From assembly GCA_964016885.1 (NCBI GenBank), contig OZ024740.1, forward strand, positions 214,272,001-214,336,000: 64,000 nt of DNA, given 5' to 3'. The position numbers were made by a program, and so were the translations under genes. Under the pieces are notes generated by a model. It saw only the letters and a program-made list of their open reading frames with translations, ran no database searches and was not told the DNA's origin. Below, in pieces: positions 53,993-64,000 of this stretch; position 1 is the first letter of the stretch; every line of letters starts with the position of its first letter. This DNA is from Eledone cirrhosa. Lineage: Eukaryota.

Positions 53993-54210
53993 TTCCCGAG
54001 TCAGTGTTGAACAAAAAGGGCAACGATGGTTGCTAGACACTGTACGGCGTAATTCGGTCTGTTTGTTTACAAACAAACCGAACATTATAATAAATATTCG
54101 GTAAACCCATATGTACATATATATATGCGTGCATGTATGTATATATATACATACTACTGTACGTCTGTATACATATATACGTGTACATACTTACATTTAT
54201 ATATATATAC

Positions 54211-54288
<78 letters not shown>

Positions 54289-54530
54289 TATATGTGTGTA
54301 TATATATATCTGTGTGTATATATATATATGTGTGTATATATATACACACAGATATATATATACACACATATATACTATATATATATGTGTGTATATATAT
54401 ATGAGTATATATATATATGTATATATAAGCAAAGAGGATGTTCAATATGTTGGTAATTCAACAAATATAAATGGAAACTATATTTATAAATATAGTTTCC
54501 ATTTATTTAATATCATTGAATATATGTATA

Positions 54531-54605
<75 letters not shown>

Positions 54606-55189
54606 TGCTTGTTTTTATATTTATATATATATTTATATATTTAACATGTTTACTTCATCTATTTATTTACATATTTAAATATTTATTTAATTACACATAC
54701 ATTTATTTGTTTTATTATTCGTCCTTGTATTGTGGTCAGTATCTCAAACCCTTGTGGCCAATAAAAGAAACCACCACCACACCACCATCACCATCATCAT
54801 TAGTAGTAGTAGTAGTAATAGTAGCATTAGTATTATTCTGTCGTTTGCGATGACAACGTGTCACAACAATCGTTCAATATGTCCTTGCTACTTAACCAAA
54901 TAAATAGTTGTTTTGTTTTGAAAATTTGATTAAGTTCTTCAGTTATTTAATGGAAAGTGAAGATTTCCTAAACAAAGAATATTAATTTTGAACATAGCTC
55001 CTTGGTAGATCTCGATCTGACAGCAGCTGAATTTGTCTGTGTACAGTTCTGAAATTCTCAGAAATATATGAGACGTGTGTGTACACAACAAATTAATGTG
55101 TGCATTCTTTACTCTTGCACGTTCAAGTACCGTTAGATGTGTTGTTCTATATTCGTTGTTTCTTTTTGTTTGAACCCCCCCCCCCCTCT

Positions 55190-55220
<31 letters not shown>

Positions 55221-55814
55221 ATTTATATATCCCTCTATCTATTTATCTATCTATCTATCTTGTCTGACTGATCATTTTTGCCTTCCCTTTCTTTCTCTCT
55301 TTTTCTCATTAACCATACTTCTGTTGAAGTGATGCTTCTATTTGTCAGTCTGCCTGTCTCTCTTTCGTTCTCTCTCTCCCCCTACCCAACGTTCTCCCTC
55401 TCCCTTATTAAGTTTATATTCTATTAAAGCTTCATCTAAGATTACAATTAGAAATTTAAAAAATAAAAACTTTCTTTAGCCCCAGTTCATCCAAGATGGA
55501 GCAGATCTCTTATAAAATGTGTGCTTCACGTAGCTATTCCCTCCTTTCTTTTCAGTGTATAAAGGGCTACAGTATTTGATGTGTCCTTTTTGAGGGAAAT
55601 TTGGCTGCTATATGAAGCAGATCAAGCGATCCCATCAAGGCTCTCTAGCTGGCTCAAATTTTACACTAATTTAACAAACATTAAGGTTTGTGTGCGCTGG
55701 TAACATTGATGGTAAAGAACTGAATGCAACAACGTCTGTCTTCTCCAGGTACATTAGATATTTGCGAAATAGTTTTCATCGATGCTATAAATTCTGCATA
55801 AATATTGATTTCAA

Positions 55815-55906
55815 GTTCCAACAGACAGCAGGAGAAGCACTGTCCTGATGAAAGCCGGAGCTTGAAATGCGCATAGACAGGAGTCCCCCGCTGCTTCTGT
55901 TGGAAC
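55815..55906 (+). ncRNA. Intact type-I hammerhead ribozyme with extended stem I
   Basis: CTGTC-CTGATGA-AAGC-CGGA-GCTT-GAAA-TGCGCA-TA-GACAG (55840-55880), closed by GTTCCAACAGA.AGCAG / CTGCT.TCTGTTGGAAC. Confidence 0.9.
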
Positions 55907-56274
55907 CCGCTAGACGGCGCTAGCCGTCAGCCTTTTAATAGTCATAGCTAGGCTTTCAAAATGTTTATTTAACAAACATACCGTATATCTTTAGATATAC
56001 AAAATTCCCATACTTGTATGTATAGAGCTATGTCGGAGCTAAATTTTAATTCTGATTTCTTTAATTTGTGCACGTGACCAGATATTTGTTGTGCGAGAGA
56101 GAGAGGATTAGATGTTGTTTCGTTCAGACCTTTCCCATGTGGAAAGGAAAGAACTCTTAACTCTTAGTAGGTTGTCACCGTGACACACAGCATGTCTTGC
56201 ACATTTTAAACCCAGCATAGTCCATTCCTCTCCAGGTTGGAGTACAGCCAATTTCTTCCCGACGAGAGAAGAAG

Positions 56275-56305
<31 letters not shown>

Positions 56306-57371
56306 CTGATAGTTTATTTGTTGACCTAAGTGGGATTTGAACTCATAACATAGTGAGTCGAAACAAATACCTAGGCATTTAAACTGACGTTGTAACAACG
56401 CTACCAATTCACCGCCTCCATGGAAGGGAATTAAAATGAAATTTCATGTGAAAATTGAATCAAGTCTTGTGTCCCCGAATCATCTTGATCTTCACACTTG
56501 CCTGATATTGTTAACGTTTGTTTTTCATTTGCCCAATCACAGAATCACTATATATTAATCCCTTTGATACCAATTTATGCTGGTTCAACAATACAAAGTT
56601 GTTTATTTTAAAGTGTTTATATTTATCTAAAAAAAAAACCATCATAACTTTATACAAAAGCCTTCGTTAAATTTTGCTTCAAACGTTAATGTAATGAGAC
56701 AGTTATATTTCTAAATCACTTAAAATTCTTAATTTTTTTAAGTTACAGACAGTCAGACAGTGTCTTTCATTAAACATATGGTTTAAAAGGGTTAATAACG
56801 GGGTGGAGGGTAGGGTGAGAAATCCCCGACTTTTCCAAGAACATTGGCGGTGTAAGTTAAATGGAATAATTTTAGTTGAAAACTGAAACAGTATCGGAGG
56901 TTCGTTTTGATGGGAGTTTACGTCTTCTCCTACAGTACCCACAATTTGGGTCTTAAATACTTATTTACAACTATGACACAAACTCATAATTAGAATATTT
57001 GTATTCGAATATTGTGTATTTCTGTGTATGTGCGTGTGTTTGTGTGTTTGTTTGTATGTGTGTATATGTGCGTGAGTTTATGTATACGTGTATGTATGTG
57101 TATGTGTGTGTATATGTATGTGCGTGTGTCTGTTTTCTGTTTTTAATATTGATTTCCAAAAGGACAGACGATTGATAGTAATCAGTAGAGCGTCGGAAAC
57201 ATGTTTTGTGGCATACAGTTACGTCCCTTTACGTTTCGGGTTCAAATCGCGCCGAGGTTAGCTTTGCCTTTCGTCCTTACGAGATCAATAAAATAAAGTA
57301 CCAGTCACCTACTGGGGTCGATTTAATCGATTTTTTCCTCCCCCGAAAATTGTTGGCCTTCCTGCTATAGT

Positions 57372-57602
57372 TATATATGTATATTTGTAGTATATGTATC
57401 GTTGTATATTGTATATTGTATATTGTATATGTATATTGTATATTGTATATGTATATTGTATATGTATATTGTATATTGTATATTGTATATGTATATTGTA
57501 TATTGTATATGTATATTGTATATTGTATATGTATATTGTATATGTATATTGTATATTGTATATGTATATTGTATATGTATATTGTATATTGTATATGTAT
57601 AT
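57372..57602. repeat. (TATATTG/TATATG)n simple repeat
   Basis: Direct inspection. Confidence 0.9.
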
Positions 57603-57699
57603 TCGTATTTGTTGATATAACTGAACCCTCCTTTTATATCCACCCAGAAAGAAGTAAATACTTAAATCATGGCCTTGTCGTTTTAACCCTGTCTAACGT

Positions 57700-57962
57700 C
57701 TGAACTCTGCCTCGAGCCGGTGCTGATCTCGGTCTCTGTAACGTGAAAATACTGAGCGTAAAAGACTTCCCCTGGACAGAACGCCAGTCCATCACAGGGT
57801 TAAACCCCCAGCTATCGCTGGTACTCATTTTCAGCTGAGTATACTGGAGCAACATTAAATAAAGTGTTTTGCTCAAGAACACAACACACAACCTAGTTCA
57901 GGAATCGAACCCATGACATTATGATTGTAAGTCCAACACACTTACCACTAGACCACGTGCCT
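57700..57962 (-). mobile_element. Family-2 tRNA-derived SINE
   Basis: Homologous to 7270-7545. Confidence 0.75.
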
Positions 57963-58229
57963 TCACGTTTTAACCCAGTCAAACATTGCTTTCGTTTGAT
58001 GAAACATAAAACTGCGATAATAGTCCATTTCCAAAGAGTTTAAGACCATGTCGTAACACACCTCCCTTTACAATCTTCTACTTATTCATTTGGCGTATTG
58101 GACAGATTCCAGTCAGACATTTGGAGCATCGATTAACATCCACATTAATCTATCGATCTGATTGCAGATATGGATGCCATGTAATCAAACTCAACAGCCT
58201 ACCACAAACTGAAACGGTCAGGACCACCA

Positions 58230-58635
58230 TTTCTTCTTCTTCTTCTTCTTCTTCTTCTTCTTCTTCTTCTCCTCCTCTTCGCTCACTTATTTCTGGCTGG
58301 GTTGTGGGGGCAGTCTTCAGACGCGCTTGCTAACGTCTCTGTCAGAACCAACTGCCTTCAATTAATTTGTCTAGATTCCCTAGCAGGAACAGCCAAACTC
58401 ATGGATGTTGTCTGCCTCTTGGTTTCCTGCCAGTTACTTTGACTGTAAAATATGTCCTGGGATTCTTTCCTTAGACACTCTAACCACATGTCCGTAGTAT
58501 TTTGAGCTATGATCTCTCTATTTGGAAAGTCACTCCAGCTCTACCTGGAGCGACTCCCTGATCTCTGAGCTACATAACCTATCAAATAACGTTACTTTAA
58601 ACAGCCATTGGAGGGATTCCATTCTCGGCAGAGTT
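58230..58635 (-). mobile_element. RTE LINE 3' fragment
   Basis: VTLFDRLCSSEIRESLQVE matches 25470-25890; (GAA)n tail. Confidence 0.75.
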
Positions 58636-59891
58636 GTTCTACTAAAGAACGAGTGGCAGGTGGTAGATATGATGGTTAATCGAGAAATATGAGCTTCTGC
58701 CGGACCAATAAGCAACTTCTGGCCAAACAGCAGTACTCTAGGAGGAGGAGGCATGAAGCAAGGGGTGACACTGTTAGCTCACAAAAGAGAAAACTCCTTC
58801 CAACTGCTATTGATTAGTATTGATAATTTGTATTGAGACGAGGCCAGAGATCTATAAGGGTACAACTGATTGACTGTGTTTATATTTTATCGATCTCAGA
58901 GTGGTAAAAGATAATGTTGAATCTGTCCAATATTGAAACCAAACTGCTTCTGTCTGTTCACCATATCGATTTTTGTTTTGCAGCCATTTTACTTTTAGAT
59001 GTTTGTATTATATACTTTCTCTCGTTTTACTTTCTCTTGTGAACTATTTTCTTAGATCTAAGTCTCCTCCAACAGGAAAACATTGCCTTCTTAGCATTAC
59101 ATGGTATTTACGTTGCTGCTGCTGCTGCTGCTATTGTTGTTGCTGTTGTTGTTGTTGTTATTGTGTGTCATTCTGTTATTGTTGTTGTTTTGTGTGATTC
59201 TGTTGTTGTTGTTGTGTGTGGTTCTATTGTTGTTGTTGTTGTCTGTGGTTCTGTGGTTCTGTTGTCAACATCGTTGTATTTGTTGGGCATGATGGTGGCC
59301 GTGGCGAAGGGGAAGGAGGGATGTGTGTGATGGTGGTGGCAGTGGTCGTGGTGGTATTGTTGTTGGTGGTGGTGGTATGGTGGTGGTGGTAATGGCGGTA
59401 TGATGGTGGTGGTAGTGGTAGTGATATGATGGTGGTGGTAGTGGTAGTGATATGTTGGTAATGGTAGTAGTGGTGGTAGCGGTAGTGATATGATGGTAGT
59501 GGTAGCGGTAGTAGTAGTGGTTCGTGATACGGTTTAGTGTCGAGATAACAACTGACAAATAAATGATTGATACTATTCTGACATGACTTCTCACTATAAA
59601 ACATCAACTCTAGCACAAAAACATATAAGACTCCATTTTCTTACCGTATCGTTTCGTTTTCTTGCATCTTATTCACATTTTTATCTTCTGTCTTAGATAT
59701 AAAACCCCCTCCCCACTTCTCCCCCCCCCTCCCTCTCCTGTCTTAGATATATACCACCCCACTTGTCTTGTCCCCCCCTCTTCTATCTTGTCCCCCCTCC
59801 CCCTCTTCTATCATGCTAACTCCTATTATAGCTCCTCACGTTAGTTTCCTTACATTTAATTATTTTTACAGAAAACTTTCTTGTTGTCGCT

Positions 59892-59929
<38 letters not shown>

Positions 59930-60014
59930 ATACATGTATCCATTGTGTGTTGTTCTGTTCCAATATACTCAGGCATAAACACATTCACACACACGCCCAC
60001 ACACGCCCCCCCCC

Positions 60015-60076
<62 letters not shown>

Positions 60077-60236
60077 ACAGCTAGTTCCAAAGTCTGGAAC
60101 TTACTGTTAAAACGGCAAGAGCTCAGCCGTCGGGGTTCCGACTCTTTATAATATAACCATACTTTACTACTCCAAATATCCAGTACTCTGTTGAGTAATG
60201 ATCTAATCAGTTTCCAACTGATTTATATATATATAT

Positions 60237-60548
60237 ATTGTTATACTTTGGGAAGGTCATGCTGCCAATAAAAACACACGCACCTGTCGGTTTTCACTTC
60301 AATTTATTATAAGTTTCCGGTTGGGTGGTTGGTTCGATAACCGGAAGGTTGTTTATGTATTGCCAAAGCTCTTTCGTCACACATTCTGTGTGACAAGGAA
60401 GGCACCGGAAACTGATAATAAATTGAAGTGAAAACCAACAGGTGCCTTCTTCTTTATTGGCAGCATGACCCTCCCAAAGTATAACAATGTCTGTTTTAAC
60501 ACACATTTTCAGATAAGAAATCTCGCAAAACAAATTAAAAAACTAATT
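60237..60548. mobile_element. Fold-back element of the 13320 family, truncated at hammerhead stem II
   Basis: Arms 60237-60321 and 60404-60488; tail 60489-60548. The spacer holds GTCACACA-GAA-TGTGTGAC-GAAA (minus). Confidence 0.85.
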
Positions 60549-60573
60549 ATATATGTATGCATATGTAAACATA

Positions 60574-63500
60574 AATTGCACTAAACTTTGCTGTATTACA
60601 GCCCCACGTTATACCCTAACGGATAGTACGATCTATACGTGGATATTTTACGTCTTGATGTGGTAGCTAAGTATGTTTTGTTTATACCATTACTTATTTG
60701 CATAGGTAAGTATATATTACCTGTATGTTTTGTGAAGGTACGTATACCTTCTCGTACGTATATTTGATTGTATATGTTATGGCGTATAATTTTATATATT
60801 CTGGTACATATGGTTTGGTTATGTGTATACGGGAGTTTTGCGGCAGTATGCAGGTTCGTACGTATGTAGGGTGTGTGTATATGTGTACTTCATGTTTTGG
60901 TTGACTTACGTCTCCGAACATTTGTGTATTTACATGTAGGTATGTGTGTGCGCTTGTTATATACGTATTTATTTATTTATATACGTTTATTTAATTATTT
61001 ATTTATTTGTATACACGCATACACACACACACATATTTATATGTGCGTGGTTTTGTATACCTATGGTAAGTGTTTTCGCGTATGCTTGTGTATGTACGTA
61101 TTTTTATGCGTGTATGTATTTATTTATTTAATTTCTATTGCTTCTGTATTGTATTTATTTACTTTGTTCTTAACTCTGAAGCGGAGATTCATTCGGTCTC
61201 CTAGTTAGAATTTTAGTCTACGACTTCTGCTATACGATTTACGTGGTTTTGTCTTTGCGTGCAATTGTTCTCCACGCTCCACATATGACGTATTATCTTC
61301 GTTTTTTTCGTTCATTGCCAGAGAACGTCTCTATGAAGCACCTAAGAGAACATTAGTCTACGACCTCTTTTATACTATAAACGTAGTTCTGTCTTTGCGC
61401 GTAATTGTTTTTCACCGCTCCTATTAATGACGTATTATATTCGTTTTTTCCCGTTCTTTGCCAGGGAACGTTTCCACGAACCAAAGTATCGACTTCCTGT
61501 CTTCCTCCGGTTGCAACGTTTTTTGAAATACCCACTTCTGCGTTTACAGATTGGCTTTGTTATTTTCAGAAGATCCCGTTAAGGGTGAAAGAAAGTAGCG
61601 ATTCTTTGCTTAAACTTCAATCTGTTATTTTAATAAATATTTGCTCTACGGTTCTTATATATTTGATATATATTTATCCTTATAGAGCCCTCTTTGGATT
61701 TTAGTCTTCAAATTTATTATTATTACTATTTGGCGCCCTCGGTTGAGCACTCTATTGACTTATATTCATCATGCAGAAATAACATCTGAATATTTCTACA
61801 AAGAACATACCAGTACCAAGCAGGAAAACATACCTAAAACTCCTGATACAGAAAACAGACGCGTTCATTAAAAGGTTGCGTTGGCGTGCCTTTTATTTCG
61901 ATAATCCGCGAAAAGCAGACAACAAACAGGATAAATTTGGGTTTAAAACCTATAATAACCCCCCGTGTAACCCAGCATTGCTACCCTTCGAAAATGATGT
62001 CTTAGAACTCATACGGAGTATCAAATTTCGGAATAGGAGCAATTCCTTCCAGCAAGACCTGAAGAATAGAATTCGTTCTATTAAGGATTCTAATGCCGTG
62101 CACGTCCATTCCGACTAAACTGGCAACCTATATCAAGTGGAGCGCAGTACTTACCATCAACTACTACATAATGCAGTAACTAAGGATTACCGTAAAACTA
62201 ATCGGTGCGTCATCAATGAAATCAACGATGCTGGGTTTAAAATCACATCTGATCTCAACATCCTGGACCGGACCGAACCTCTGGACCCTATTTCTCCCCA
62301 CTTTACCCTGAAGGATCACAAATCCAATTTTCCGAACAACCCCTCTATTCGGCTTATTAACCCTACGAAGTCCGATTTAGGTAGACTTAGTAAAACGATT
62401 CTTGATAGAATTATACCTGAAATTAGAAGTTTGGCCCCTCTTGCACTGTGGAACAATTCTTTCGCGGTGATTGATTGGTTCAACGGCATATGTAACAAGG
62501 AACATTGCCGTTTTATCCAATTCGACATCAACAATTACTAATCCTCGATCACTTTACCACTTCTCCTTAGAGCTATCAATTTCGCTAAAACACTCACAGT
62601 GGTTAAGGATTTCGAAGTTGATGTCATCCTCAATGCCCGTAAGTCGGTGATTAATTTCGACGACTCTATTTGGATTAAAAAATCCAATAGTACCCCATTC
62701 GACGTGAGTATGGGCGCCAGCGATTCTGCGGAGGTTACTGATCTTATCGGCCTTTTCCTTCTTTTCTCTATCAAGGACGAATTCCCCAACGCGGGCGGTG
62801 GTTTGTACCGTGATGATGGTCTTTTGACCATGAATAAGTGCGGACCTCGTGCTTGCGACAGGGTCAGAAAAGAACTCACAGCCTTCTTTAAAGGCTTCAA
62901 CCTCTCTATACAGGTTGAGGCCAATCTCTCGGTCATTAATTACCTCGACGTTACCCTCAATTTATTGAATGGGTTGTATTACCCGTATAGAAAGCCGAAT
63001 GATACGCTTAATTACATAAGTAAGCATTCCAACCATCCTGCCAGCATATCCAAGAACCTGGTAAGAAACGTTTCGTTGAGGCTTTCCCGTCTATCTACTA
63101 ACGAGCATATTTTCAACGACCATTCCATTTATTACAAAGAAGCTCTTGCTCGGAGTGGATTTGTCGATAAGGTAGCATATACAGAGTACGAAAATAGACT
63201 TAGAAGAAATAGATCCCGTCGCATTTGTTGGTATAACCCACCATATAATATGGAGGTGGCCACATCATTAGCTAAGATCTTTCTTTCCCTTATTACGAAG
63301 CATTTTTCCCCTACACATAAATATAGTAAAATTTTTAATAGAAATACTATTAAACTTTCTTACTCTACGACTCCTAACCTTGCACATAACATCACAGCTT
63401 TAAATTTAGCTTACTACCTAGCCGTAGGAACACGTGCTACCCTGTAGTTAGTACTAACTGTAATTGTAGGAATCGGGTTGATTGCCTCCTACCCGGGAAA

Positions 63501-64000
63501 TGCCCCTCTAGTAACATTTTCTACAAATGTAAGGTTGAAACACCCACGTCCCGTAGGGCCTACATAGGGTTAACCGCCAATAGATTCAAGCAGCGTCTTA
63601 ACATGCATACCCATTCTTTTTGTTACCCTCTAAGAAGGAATATGACGTCACTTTCAGCTTATATCTGGAGTCTAAAAGACAACCACACCCAATATAAGTT
63701 ACACTGGGAGATCCTAGCTAGGGCTAGATCGTATAACGGAAATAAAAGACCATGGGACCTCTGCGCCGCTGAGGCCCTGGAAATACTCTACGCCACAGAC
63801 CACATCTTAAACAAAAAATCTGAGGCAATTTGCACAAAACTTTCCTGTATTACAGCCCCACGTGATACCCTAACGGATAGTACGATCTATACGTGGATAT
63901 TTTACGTCTTGATGTGGTACCTAAGTATATGTCTTGTTTATACCATTACTTATTTGCATAGGTAAGTATATATTACCTGTATGTTTTGTGAAGGTATGTA
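60574..64000 (+). mobile_element. Naiad-type Penelope-like element in partial tandem (5' pLTR 60574-61729; 3' pLTR begins 63827 and runs off the window)
   Basis: 60574-60740 directly repeats 63827-64000, with an RT-GIY-YIG ORF between. Confidence 0.9.
61771..63850 (+). pseudogene. Penelope-like reverse transcriptase + GIY-YIG endonuclease, disrupted
   Basis: Motifs STKNIP, KRLRWRA, IRLINP, FDINNY, MGA, YRDDGL, YLDVTL, YRKP, WYNPPY, CNCRNRVDCLLPGKC (CxCx5Cx5C) and YIGLT..FKQR. TAA stops at 61780, 62116 and 62539; frameshift near 63400. Confidence 0.93.

Larger units (their letters stand above)
52836..54200. mobile_element. Tandem + inverted array of a ~410-bp hammerhead-bearing non-coding unit (retrozyme-like)
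   Basis: Minus units at 52836-53030 (deleted), 53093-53480 and 53505-53760; plus unit at 53820-54200. Confidence 0.85.

Noticed and set aside
61213-61475. SECIS element in the Naiad pLTR repeats (ATGACG)
   Set aside because: No AA apical motif or GA quartet partner, and the ORF has no in-frame TGA.

Overview
AT-rich eukaryotic genomic DNA, most likely a coleoid cephalopod (octopus), inferred from its SINE families and dense (TA)n/(CA)n tracts. No intact host gene is evident, and most ORF-track entries are microsatellite artefacts. The window is a mosaic of several repeat classes: Penelope-like retroelements (a decayed Naiad-type element at 60.6-64.0 kb and a deleted GIY-YIG element at 1.6-3.0 kb), RTE and R4/Dong LINE relics, two tRNA-derived SINE families, mariner/MITE remnants, and mini- and microsatellites. 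The most notable hidden structure is about 20 intact or degenerate type-I hammerhead ribozyme (HHR) motifs from several unrelated sequence families. Most lie in short non-coding elements inserted into (TA)n and arranged as asymmetric fold-back palindromes, one arm carrying a family-specific 40-90 nt tail. The fold-back or truncation points repeatedly fall on ribozyme landmarks (scissile triplet, stem II, CUGANGA). One family has a compensatory U3-A8 core and another forms a tandem with 409-nt ribozyme spacing. A GC-rich RTE 5' region carries further ribozyme-like folds. All motifs were found by eye, and coordinates of degenerate repeats are approximate.
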